64,000 bases of DNA, taken from NCBI GenBank assembly GCA_963827275.1, contig CAWHAA010000008.1, forward strand, positions 416,001 through 480,000, written 5' to 3'. Both the position numbers and the translations under genes were made by a program. This document shows, piece after piece, positions 11,171 through 20,224 of the stretch. Under the pieces are notes generated by a model. That model saw only the letters and a program-made list of their open reading frames with translations, was not told where the DNA came from and did not search any database. Numbering within the stretch: position 1 is the first letter of the stretch; each line of letters opens with the position of its first letter. Source of the DNA: an uncultured Spirochaetota bacterium (GTDB taxonomy: Bacteria > Spirochaetota > UBA4802 > UBA5550).

Positions 11171-11599
11171 ATGGCGTCGAAAAATGATGGCATGAACAGC
11201 ACCATCGGCGAAGGCTCGGTCTTTGAAGGCAAGTTCTATATAAGCGGCTCTCTGCGCATCGACGGGAAATTCGAGGGAGAGATCAAGACCGATGAAGAGC
11301 TCGTGGTCGGCGAGACAGGGAAAGTGAGGACTGACATTGCGGCCAAATCGGTAGTCGTGGCCGGAACCGTCATCGGCAATATCATAGCCCGCAACGAAGT
11401 GCGGCTCCTCGAAACCGGCAAGATCCTCGGCGACATCACCACGCCGACCCTCCTGATACAGAAAGGCGTCGTCGCCTCCGGCACGTTCAACATCACCGGC
11501 GGGCATAAAAAGGACACGAAGAAAGTCGTGGAGGAATCCTTCAGCGGCGGTTCTTCGTCAAGCGACTCGTCAGAAGTCAGAAATATCGGTTCCCGGTAG
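11171..11599 (+). CDS. Bactofilin (polymer-forming cytoskeletal protein)
   Basis: STIGEGSVFEGKFYISGSLRIDGKFEGEI...VVVAGTVIGNI beta-helix pattern. Confidence 0.92.
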   Translation: MASKNDGMNSTIGEGSVFEGKFYISGSLRIDGKFEGEIKTDEELVVGETGKVRTDIAAKSVVVAGTVIGNIIARNEVRLLETGKILGDITTPTLLIQKGVVASGTFNITGGHKKDTKKVVEESFSGGSSSSDSSEVRNIGSR

Positions 11600-11777
11600 G
11601 TCCCGGAAGGGGACCTTCGGGGCGGAGGCTCCATGCCCGGCTGCGGAAATCGCGGTTTCCGGCAGGGGCTGCCGCTGCGAAAAGAGGAAATAATTTCATA
11701 ATTTTTACGATACGGCCGATTAATCTGATAGAAGGGGTTATGTTTGTTTCCGGGGGAACCGGAGCTGTCCCGGCACT

Positions 11778-12897
11778 ATGAAAAAGATATTCGCAAAGAC
11801 ATTCAAGGCTGGCAGGTTCACCATCTCGATTTTTTCAAACGAGGTGGTGATAGTCCATGTCGGCGACAAGAAGATCTTCATCAAGACCATCCGGATGAAG
11901 GTGCCCTCGATCGGCCTGTTCGGCAGGAACAACCCGCGACCCTGCGGCGCCACGGCCCAGGCTCACGCGGAGGCACCTTCTCCCCCATCTGGCAATGTCC
12001 GCGCACCGGCTCAGGCTCGCAGCGGCGCTCTCGGCCGCGATCGCGGTCATGATGGTGGCGTTTTCCCTCTACCCGGGAGGGCAGGGGGAGCCGGCCGTTC
12101 CCAGCGATGAGCTGATGAAAAAGAGCCTCCTCGAATCGAAGCAGACCGATTATTCTTCCCCGGAAAAGGCCGAGAAGCTCGTGATCAATGAGCACCGTGT
12201 CCGCCGGGGCGAGAACCTCCAGAAGATAGCGAAAAAATACGGCGTATCCGTGGAGACGATCCGGGGCACCAACAACCTGGCCACTGACAGCGTGCTCCAG
12301 CCGGACATGGTTCTGAAAATTCCGAACAAGGACGGCATCCTGTTAAAAATGCAGAAGGGCGGCGACCTGGTGTCGATCGCCCGGCGCTACCGGGTGTCGC
12401 TGAAGAAAATCATTGAAGAAAACAACATCAGGAACCCCGACTTTGTCGCGTCAAATACCGTGCTTTTTATCCCGGACGCCAAGCCGCTTAACGTCTTCTC
12501 CGGCTTCCTCTGGCCCGCGGGGGGCAGGTTCATCACCTGCGGGTACGGATGGCGGAGAAACCCGTTCGACCCGGGCCACACCGAGTTTCATTCGGGGCTG
12601 GACATCAGGTCAAACTTCCAGCCGGTCAGGGCCTCTAAATACGGGAAAGTCACCTATACCGGGTGGCTCGGCGGCTACGGCAAGACCGTGGTCATCGCGC
12701 ACCCGGGCGGGTTCAAGACGCTCTACGGCCACCTTTCCCGGATCATCGTGCGGAACGGTCAGTACGTCAAGCAGGGGCAGTACATCGCCGCCAGCGGCAA
12801 CACCGGCCGCTCCACCGGCGCGCACCTCCATTTCGAGATACTGAAGCACGGGCGGAGCATCAACCCCTATACATACTTCAAGAAGAAACGGCGTTAG
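11778..12897 (+). CDS. Membrane-anchored LysM / M23 metallopeptidase; N-terminus probably frameshifted near 11933
   Basis: TM segment, two LysM repeats, HSGLD and HLH M23 motifs in ORF 11995-12897; ORF at 11778 reads like its N-terminus in another frame. Confidence 0.85.
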
Positions 12898-13100
12898 CGA
12901 TTCATTTTATTCTTGTGGCAGGCCGACGCCCCGGAGATTCCCGGTGCGTTTTTTATTTGTCTGCCTTCCGGAATGGCAGGATTTACCCCCCTCCCGGAGG
13001 ATGGGCCGCGTTTGAGTGCCGCAATAATGATTTGACATACCCGAACTGAAGCCGTTACTATCATCCAGAACCATACATCTATTCCAGGGGAGGCTTCCGC

Positions 13101-13376
13101 ATGAAAAATATTTTCATCATGATAATCTCTTTGGTTGTCGCAGGGATGTCGCTCGCGGTCATGGCCGGCAGCGGGGGACAGGGCGACAAGTGTTTCGCGG
13201 ACACGGAATGCGAATTCAACCTCCAGTGTAAGGACGGGGCGTGCGTGAAAAAAAAGGAGTTTGATTTCGGCAGTTCGGGAAAAAGCGGGAAGCCGTGCAA
13301 CATCGACGCGGACTGCATCAATTCAGGCAAATGCGTTGAAGGGATGTTCGGGAAAAAAGTCTGTTCCGGGAATTGA
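13101..13376 (+). CDS. Small secreted Cys-rich protein with two 4-Cys repeats
   Basis: Signal peptide; CFADTEC...C...C and CNIDADC...C...C; GGAGG RBS; TTGACA-N18-TACTAT at 13032-13061. Confidence 0.8.
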   Translation: MKNIFIMIISLVVAGMSLAVMAGSGGQGDKCFADTECEFNLQCKDGACVKKKEFDFGSSGKSGKPCNIDADCINSGKCVEGMFGKKVCSGN

Positions 13377-13397
13377 TTGAATCAGGAGACCACACCG

Positions 13398-14699
13398 GTG
13401 CCCCACGAAGCGGTTGACATCCTTTCCCGTTATCTGCGGATAAACACCACTAACCCGCCCGGGAACGAGGAAAAGGCGGCGTGGTTTTTCGCGGAGATTT
13501 TCGAACAGGAACATATCCCATACCGGACCTATGAATCCGATCCGGGCAGGGTGTCCATCCGGGCCCATATCCCCGGCTCTGGCGTGAAGGAGCCGCTGAT
13601 ATTGCTCAACCACATGGATGTTGTTCCCGCCGGCGCGGGGGAATTCAGCTTCGATCCCTTCGGCGGCGAGGTGCGGGACGGGTACGTGTGCGGCCGGGGG
13701 GCGCTCGACATGAAGGGGATCGCCGTTATGCAGCTCATGGCGTTTCTCGCCATGAAGCGGACGGGCGTACGGCCCAACCGTGACCTGGTGTTCCTCGCGA
13801 CAGCGGACGAGGAGGCGGGCGGTCTGAAGGGCGCCGGCTTCCTCCTGGATACCTGCCCGGACGAGTTCAGGGCCGGGGTCGTGCTGAACGAGGGCGGCTA
13901 CGGCATTGCGGGCATGGTCCCCGGTAAATCCGCCATGCTGATAACGCCGGCGGAGAAGGGGCCCTGCTGGCTCAGGCTCACCCGCCGCGGGGTCCCGGGC
14001 CACGGGTCCACGCCCCATTCGCAGAATGCCCTGGAAAAAATGACGCAGGCCCTGGCGCGCCTCCTCGCAGCGGAGATGCCGGTCACCATTACCGGCGCCA
14101 CCGCCGGGTACTTCAGAGAGCTGTCATCGGAATGGCCGTTCCTTGGCCCGTTCGCAAAAGACGGGAAGCCTGAAACACTGGCGCGGCTGCTCGGGGAGAG
14201 CGGGATGCTGGCGATCCCCGCCCTGAACGCCATGGTGCGCAACACCATTAGCCTCACCATGCTTACCTCCGGGGTCAAGATAAACATGATCCCCGACCAT
14301 GCCGAGGCACTGCTCGATATCCGGCTCCTCCCCGGTCAGAAGGTCGAGGATTTCATCGCGGTCGTGAAGGAAACGCTCGCGGACGATGAAATCATGATAG
14401 AGAAAATACTGGCCTCGGAAGCGAGCGCGTCGGACACGGACACCGATGAATTTATCCTGCTGCGGGACACGCTGAAGCGCCATTTCCCCGGCTCCCTTAT
14501 GCCCCTCTCCCTGCTTTCGGGATTTTCCGACTCGCGCTTTTTCAGGGAGCGGGGGGTTCCCGTGTACGGCTTCTGTCCGCTCATGATCACCATGGACGAC
14601 CTGGCAATGATCCACGGCCTCGATGAAAAGATCTCCGTAGAGGGGCTTGTCAGGGGGTGCGAAATATATTCCGACATCGTCCGGGCGATGTGCACGTAG
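13398..14699 (+). CDS. M20/M25/M40 family metallohydrolase
   Basis: NHMDVVP, GRGALDMK, ADEEAGG, GHGS, IHGLDE; GTG at 13398 after AGGAG (or TTG 13377). Confidence 0.92.
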   Translation: MPHEAVDILSRYLRINTTNPPGNEEKAAWFFAEIFEQEHIPYRTYESDPGRVSIRAHIPGSGVKEPLILLNHMDVVPAGAGEFSFDPFGGEVRDGYVCGRGALDMKGIAVMQLMAFLAMKRTGVRPNRDLVFLATADEEAGGLKGAGFLLDTCPDEFRAGVVLNEGGYGIAGMVPGKSAMLITPAEKGPCWLRLTRRGVPGHGSTPHSQNALEKMTQALARLLAAEMPVTITGATAGYFRELSSEWPFLGPFAKDGKPETLARLLGESGMLAIPALNAMVRNTISLTMLTSGVKINMIPDHAEALLDIRLLPGQKVEDFIAVVKETLADDEIMIEKILASEASASDTDTDEFILLRDTLKRHFPGSLMPLSLLSGFSDSRFFRERGVPVYGFCPLMITMDDLAMIHGLDEKISVEGLVRGCEIYSDIVRAMCT

Positions 14700-14793
14700 C
14701 GACCCGGCTGCCGCGGGTGGAAAAATTGGTTGCCCCGCGGACGCGCCTGTGATAGGCAGAGACGGCACATTATAACAGACCAAGGAGGCATGT

Positions 14794-15420
14794 ATGCTGA
14801 ACAATCCTGAAGCTACCGACCAGGCGCTGCAGATACTCCGCAGCGGCGCCCCCTTTCAATGGTACGTGATCCCGATGCTGGCGTTCGTCATGTACGTGTA
14901 TTTCAACGAGATAGCGAAGAAGAACTGGAAGGTTGTGGCGGCCGGCCTCTCGCTCTACATGGTCCACTGGTTTTACGAAATTCTGAACGCGCTGATTCAG
15001 CATGGTACCGGCCATGCCCTCTGGACCGTGCCCACCGGCACGGCCTTCCTGCTCCTTGTCGGGGTCGGCGTGGAGCTGAGCCTCATGTTCTCGATATCGG
15101 GCCTCATCTTCGCCAAGGTCCTGCCGGAGGACCCGAAGATGAAGATACTGGGGGTCAACAACCGCCTCTTCATCGCGGTGATGAACGCGGCGTTCTATTC
15201 CGTGTTCGAGATATTCCTGGCGCGCACGCCCGCGTTCGTATGGGTCTACCCCTGGTGGGGCGCGTTCCCGGTCTTTGTCACGGTATACATCCCCTTCTGG
15301 GTGGTGGCGCTCTACAGCTATGACTGGAGCCCCCGGACGCAGAAGATAGTTATCGGCACACTTTTCGGGGTGAACGCGGCCATGCTCATCGTGTTCGCCG
15401 GTATTTTGCGCTGGATTTGA
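14794..15420 (+). CDS. Polytopic membrane protein of unknown function
   Basis: About 6 hydrophobic segments; AGGAGG RBS. Confidence 0.8.
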   Translation: MLNNPEATDQALQILRSGAPFQWYVIPMLAFVMYVYFNEIAKKNWKVVAAGLSLYMVHWFYEILNALIQHGTGHALWTVPTGTAFLLLVGVGVELSLMFSISGLIFAKVLPEDPKMKILGVNNRLFIAVMNAAFYSVFEIFLARTPAFVWVYPWWGAFPVFVTVYIPFWVVALYSYDWSPRTQKIVIGTLFGVNAAMLIVFAGILRWI

Positions 15421-15627
15421 CCCCGCGAAGAGACCCGGTAACCCGGATGGAACACATATATATCCGGGCAGCTGTCATTTGTCCGTCACGCTCCGCTGCG
15501 GGCCTGCGATGAAAAGTGGTTGCCCCCTTCGTACCGCTGATGCCCAATGGCACGGCGGCATGGCGTGCCATCGCCGTGTGTAAGCCGATCATCCCTGGGT
15601 CGATCGTACAGGGACCGGAGGTCTGCA

Positions 15628-16458
15628 ATGTCGTATCGCCCCAAATGGTGGCTTGATTTCCTTCGTATCGCCTGGCCCCTTACGGAGCTCAGCGCAAAAA
15701 TGACCCGGTGGCCCGTCATCGGGCCCGTTGTCGCGCTGCTCACCCGGCCGGTCTTTACCGGCAATAATTTCCACATCACCCATATCCCCATTAACGCCAG
15801 CATCGGCGGCGGGAAAAGCACGATGCTTCCGGAAAAGGTCCTGGAGGGGCTTATCCGGAGGTCGTCCCACCGCATCACCATCAACCGCTGTACCTGCCGC
15901 GAGTCGCACGAGTGCCGGCATTACCCGGTGGAGGACGCGTGCCTGCACCTGGGCGAGGGGACGACCCATATCCCCCCGCACCTCGCCACGCCGCGGACGG
16001 TTGACGAAGCCATCGCGCATATGCGGAAGATGATCGGCCTGGGCCTCATCCCCTTCCTCGGCCAGGTGAGGATGGACGATTTTTTCTACGGCAGGCCCAA
16101 TACCGGGCGGGCGCTCACCATATGTTTCTGCTGCCCCTGCTGCTGCACCATCTTCAGATCGGCCAGGTATTTTCCCGACGACGTCAAGGACTCGCTGGTC
16201 CGCCTCAAGGGGCTCACGGTCGCCGTCAACAACGCGCGCTGCGCGGGCGAAGGGTGCGGGGCCTGTGTCCGCGGCTGCTTCACCGGGGCCCTCTCGTTCG
16301 GCGCGGAGGGGGTTGCGTGGGACAGCGCCCTCTGCAAGGGATGCGGCCGCTGCGCCGCCGTCTGTCCGGAGAAGGCGATAACAATTGAAGTTGAAAACAT
16401 TGAACGCGCTATTGATGAAATCACGGGGCGCATGAGGGAGAGGGTCAACATCGAATAA
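15628..16458 (+). CDS. Cys-rich 4Fe-4S binding protein
   Basis: CTCR, ICFCCPCCC, C-terminal ferredoxin motifs (CKGCGRCAAVCP). Confidence 0.88.
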   Translation: MSYRPKWWLDFLRIAWPLTELSAKMTRWPVIGPVVALLTRPVFTGNNFHITHIPINASIGGGKSTMLPEKVLEGLIRRSSHRITINRCTCRESHECRHYPVEDACLHLGEGTTHIPPHLATPRTVDEAIAHMRKMIGLGLIPFLGQVRMDDFFYGRPNTGRALTICFCCPCCCTIFRSARYFPDDVKDSLVRLKGLTVAVNNARCAGEGCGACVRGCFTGALSFGAEGVAWDSALCKGCGRCAAVCPEKAITIEVENIERAIDEITGRMRERVNIE

Positions 16459-16512
16459 ACCGCTGCGGGCCGCAGGTGGGCCGGCGCCCGGATCACGAGG
16501 AGGGAGTGGACA

Positions 16513-16788
16513 ATGGGATCGTCAAAAAAGTTCTGGATAACTCTCGAGGCGGGGGCGATTGCGCTCTTCCTCGTGGGGATAGGGCTCGGCTGGTACCTCT
16601 TCCCGGAAGGGGGCCTCAAGGCATGGAGCATCTTCATCGGTCTGGTCGCTTTGCACGTGGCCGAGACCCCCGTGGGGCTCAGGGTCGGCAGGGAGAAGGA
16701 CCTTTCGATCCGGCGGACGCTCATCAAGACCTGGGCCTTCGGGTTCACCTGGTGGCTCCCCGTGAAAAAAGGGATACTGGAAAAATAA
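16513..16788 (+). CDS. Small membrane protein
   Basis: 2-3 hydrophobic segments, LHVAE, FGFTWWLP; GGGAG RBS. Confidence 0.75.
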   Translation: MGSSKKFWITLEAGAIALFLVGIGLGWYLFPEGGLKAWSIFIGLVALHVAETPVGLRVGREKDLSIRRTLIKTWAFGFTWWLPVKKGILEK

Positions 16789-16792
16789 GGCC

Positions 16793-17650
16793 ATGAAAAA
16801 TATTCTGCGCTACGGCCCGACGCGGCGGATGGTAAAGGTGATGATCGCGCTCTCGTGGCCGATCATCCGGTACGGCAAGTCCTGGAGCAACAAGCCCTTT
16901 CTGAAGCACATCATCAACCCCTTCTTCATGAGGCCGTACAACGAGCTGAGCTCGGTGCCCGTGACGGTGCCGGTGAACGCGGAGCTCCGGCCCCCCGAAA
17001 GTGTCCCGGTGCCGCTTCGGGTGCTTGAACGGCTCGTGACGGACATCGAGGACCGCTTCATCCTGAACGAATGCATCTGCCGCGGCCATGACCGGTGCGT
17101 CAATCATCCGCGGGACCTGGGATGCCTCGCCCTGGGCCCGGCCATCGACCGCATGCACCCGAGCCATGGCAGGCGCGCGAGCGCCGGGGAAGCGGTGGCG
17201 CACGTGCGGCGGGCGGTGAAGGAAGGCCTCGTGCCGAACCTCGCGCACGTGTGGATCGATCCCCTGGCCTTCGGCCTGACGAAATTTCAGAAGCTGATGT
17301 TCATCTGCTTCTGCGACGACTGCTGCTGCCTCTACCGGAAATACATGACCGACCGCGGTCCCAATCTCGACAGGGCCTATAAAAGGCTTCCCGGCATCTC
17401 CATGCGGGTGGATGCGTCGCTCTGCGACGGCTGCGGCGATTGCGCCGGCTCCTGCTTTCTCGGCGTGATACGGATGGAGAACGGCATCGCCGTTACCGGC
17501 GGGGCCTGTGCCGGCTGCGGCAAGTGCGTCGGGGCATGTGCGAAGGGCGCCCGCGCCCTTGTCATCCCCGGCGAGGAGGAGCTCTACCGGACCGTCATCG
17601 CGCGCGTGCGCGAGATGTCCGACGTCGAGGTCAAGGCCGGCCGCTCATAG
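16793..17650 (+). CDS. Cys-rich 4Fe-4S binding protein (paralog of 15628-16458)
   Basis: CICR, ICFCDDCCC, CDGCGDCAGSC and CAGCGKCVGAC. Confidence 0.88.
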   Translation: MKNILRYGPTRRMVKVMIALSWPIIRYGKSWSNKPFLKHIINPFFMRPYNELSSVPVTVPVNAELRPPESVPVPLRVLERLVTDIEDRFILNECICRGHDRCVNHPRDLGCLALGPAIDRMHPSHGRRASAGEAVAHVRRAVKEGLVPNLAHVWIDPLAFGLTKFQKLMFICFCDDCCCLYRKYMTDRGPNLDRAYKRLPGISMRVDASLCDGCGDCAGSCFLGVIRMENGIAVTGGACAGCGKCVGACAKGARALVIPGEEELYRTVIARVREMSDVEVKAGRS

Positions 17651-17939
17651 CGTTCAGGGTGACGATGGTCGCGCCCCAGTTTGGCCCGTCGTTGCCGAAG
17701 CCCGCCACGTCCGGGTGCTTCCGCAGCAGTTCCCGGACCTCGCGTTTTTTGGCCGACATTCCCTTTCCATGGACCAGCCGTATGCTCTTCAGGCCCTTCG
17801 CGACGCCCTGCCGGATGAACTCGTTGACCACCGCGGCCGTTTCCCCCGGCTCGAAGAAATGGAGATCGCATTCATACCCGAAGTCTATCCGGCGGTAATC
17901 ATCGGCGGATTCCCCGTCGTTTTCCCTGCTCACGGCCAT
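17631..17939 (-). CDS. Stand-alone Smr/MutS2 domain protein
   Basis: DLH, RLVHGKG, NWGATIV motifs. Confidence 0.85.
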   Translation of the reverse strand: MAVSRENDGESADDYRRIDFGYECDLHFFEPGETAAVVNEFIRQGVAKGLKSIRLVHGKGMSAKKREVRELLRKHPDVAGFGNDGPNWGATIVTLNAMSGRP

Positions 17940-17974
17940 GCCCCTTTCTGCATCAGCATCTGAGTCCTCTGCTG

Positions 17975-18793
17975 CTAATGGGCCGCGGCCCTGCGCTGCC
18001 TGATCCGCTGTCTGATTTTTTGTTTCCGGACCTGCTTCCTGCCGATGTTCCTGTCGGCGCGCCGCTTCTTGATCTGCTTGATCCGCGCTTCGAACTGGCC
18101 GCGCAAATTTTTGTCGAGGCGCTTGAACCCGCGCGAATCCCTTAACTTTTCGAACCGGTCTTCCAGACCCTCGAGGTCACGTTCCCTCAGCGCCGTAACG
18201 GCCATCTTCCTCCGCTTGGCGAGTATCTCGCGGACAGCGCCCCGGTTCAGTGTGATGGAGTGGCCCTCCTTTATATATTCCCGCAGGTCGCGCCTGACCG
18301 CGCCATCGGCGACCGGGTGCACCATGATCTCGCCGGTCAGGACGTCCACCCGCGACCCGTCGCCTTCCGCCGAGACCCGGAAGCTGGTCCCCCGCACCGA
18401 GGCGACCTGCGTGTTCGTTCTGACCTGGTAGGTTTCGCCTTTCACGAGCTTGGCAAGCATCACCAGTACGCTCCCGGCCGACAGGTCGAGGTCGGCATCA
18501 TCGGCGTGTTTCGCAAGCATGGCCACGGCCACCTTCGAGCGCTCCTGCACGCGGACCAGGCCACTGTCCCCGAACGATATGTCGGCCATGGCGCCCCTGC
18601 CGGTGAGTATGGTCTCCCCGCCTGACAGCGGCATGTCGGGGGCGGCGGCCGACGTCTTTCCGGCAGTGACGATTTTCACGTCGCCCACGACCATTGCCAC
18701 CGTGTAGCGGGCCTCGCCGCGGGCCTGCGCCGCAGCCATGATAAGGAGCGGCAGTGTGATCAGCAGCGTGAAACCATTTTTCATCCGTCTCAT
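17975..18793 (-). CDS. Exported FecR-domain (LipL45-like) protein with basic tail
   Basis: Signal peptide; VRTNTQVASVRGTSF; Arg/Lys-rich C-terminus. Confidence 0.8.
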   Translation of the reverse strand: MRRMKNGFTLLITLPLLIMAAAQARGEARYTVAMVVGDVKIVTAGKTSAAAPDMPLSGGETILTGRGAMADISFGDSGLVRVQERSKVAVAMLAKHADDADLDLSAGSVLVMLAKLVKGETYQVRTNTQVASVRGTSFRVSAEGDGSRVDVLTGEIMVHPVADGAVRRDLREYIKEGHSITLNRGAVREILAKRRKMAVTALRERDLEGLEDRFEKLRDSRGFKRLDKNLRGQFEARIKQIKKRRADRNIGRKQVRKQKIRQRIRQRRAAAH

Positions 18794-18830
18794 GTCAGTT
18801 GTCCTCCCGGCGATAAAATTGTACGGCGTA

Positions 18831-19955
18831 TCAGTAGGTGAACATCGCGCTGATGCTGACCCCGTGGTTCCAGAAGGATGTGCCGAGGCTCGAAAGCTGC
18901 ATGAAGGGATTGGCGTTCCCTCTTCTGCGCAGTATCGCCAGCGACAGGACTTCCATGATCTTTCGTTTCGTCGGGTCCATTTTCGGGGCCATGTAGTACT
19001 CCGGCGCGTATGAAGATGATATCAACACCCAGTCAAAAAGATTGAAGGTCACGCCAATGTCGCCGCCGGCGATGATGTAGTCTTCCTTGTCCTTCCCGGC
19101 GGTAATCCCCGCCTGGAGCGCGAAGTATCGGCACGGCTCGGAATAGAGCCCCAGCCTTCCCGTGTGCGTGTAATAGCGGGTATGGTGGTACTGGTAGTCC
19201 TCCGGAACATACTCGAAAATACTTTCACTGTACTGGTATTTCGCGTCAATGCTCGTGGTCTCGTGGACGAACCAGCTGAGCTCGGGGTACACGGTCAGGT
19301 CCTCGAAGCGGGTGAGGCGCCGTTTTGTGAAGTACTGGTGGCGGACCCAGAGGCCGAGCGCGGTATATGACTGCAGCATTGTCATGGTCCTGTCCAGCCG
19401 GTCGTCGGACTTGAAATGGTACTCGGTCCTGCTTTTTGCCGCCGTGGCCCCTATGGTCACCACGTCGAAATCAAGGAGGAAGCCGGCGATCCCCTCATGC
19501 GAGCGGTAATAGTGCGTTTTGTCACCCGTTGAATAATAATATTCGCCGAAGAGCTCGATCGTCCGGTGCGGCATGAGCGAAAGCGCGAGCTTCGGCTGCG
19601 TGAAGTTCACGGTCTCGAATTCGCCCTCACCGTCGGTGATCTGGTAATCCTGGAAGCGGGACACGCCCGCGGTGAAGCGCACGTACGTGTGCTTCAGGTA
19701 GAGGTTGGCGAACGGCTGATAGTAGAAGCTCTTCGATGAAACGCCGTCCGAGTAGCTGCCCTGGACGCCGGCGTCGAAGCCGAATATGTCCGAACCGGGC
19801 TTTTCGACCGGCCTGTCCTGAAGGGCGGGCCGGTCACCGGTGCCGGCCGTGTCATTGTCCCCGGCACGGGCCGACTGCGCCGGCGCAACCCAGATCATTA
19901 TGGTGAACACCGCGCCCAGGGCCCCGCCCAGGCGCACACATTCCCGGACCGTCAT
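18831..19955 (-). CDS. Exported hypothetical protein, possible outer-membrane beta-barrel
   Basis: Signal peptide, Tyr/Phe-rich alternating strands, terminal ISAMFTY. Confidence 0.65.
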   Translation of the reverse strand: MTVRECVRLGGALGAVFTIMIWVAPAQSARAGDNDTAGTGDRPALQDRPVEKPGSDIFGFDAGVQGSYSDGVSSKSFYYQPFANLYLKHTYVRFTAGVSRFQDYQITDGEGEFETVNFTQPKLALSLMPHRTIELFGEYYYSTGDKTHYYRSHEGIAGFLLDFDVVTIGATAAKSRTEYHFKSDDRLDRTMTMLQSYTALGLWVRHQYFTKRRLTRFEDLTVYPELSWFVHETTSIDAKYQYSESIFEYVPEDYQYHHTRYYTHTGRLGLYSEPCRYFALQAGITAGKDKEDYIIAGGDIGVTFNLFDWVLISSSYAPEYYMAPKMDPTKRKIMEVLSLAILRRRGNANPFMQLSSLGTSFWNHGVSISAMFTY

Positions 19956-20224
19956 TTTTTTCCTCCCTTCGTGTTACCATGCTGACTGCCCTGTAGCCGG
20001 CCGTTACAACAGGAGTAGTGCAGAATATCGAATTTTTCAATCCATTTTTTCCGGCCGTCGGGCCAACATGCTACAGCTTCCCCGCGGCATGTCCGGGAAA
20101 AAATGAATTGACTCATTTCAGCCCGGGCCTTTTCTTAATACCGATATAACTGCGCATGCGCGCCTCCCGGGCCCCGATATCCCGCCCGCGGCCGCCGCCA
20201 TAATCACGCACCGGAGCGATTCAC

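Noticed and set aside
11718..11730. GATTAATCTGATA identical to the ole repeat at 38614
   Set aside because: Single copy without phased neighbours; overlaps a sigma28-like -10; probably chance
13101..14699. TGA readthrough (Sec) fusing the Cys-rich peptide to the in-frame M20 hydrolase
   Set aside because: The M20 gene has its own AGGAG RBS and GTG at 13398; the TGA is not at a Cys-equivalent position and no clear SECIS is seen
15421..15627. Riboswitch or ncRNA in the intergenic gap
   Set aside because: Only two isolated hairpins; no recognisable family motif
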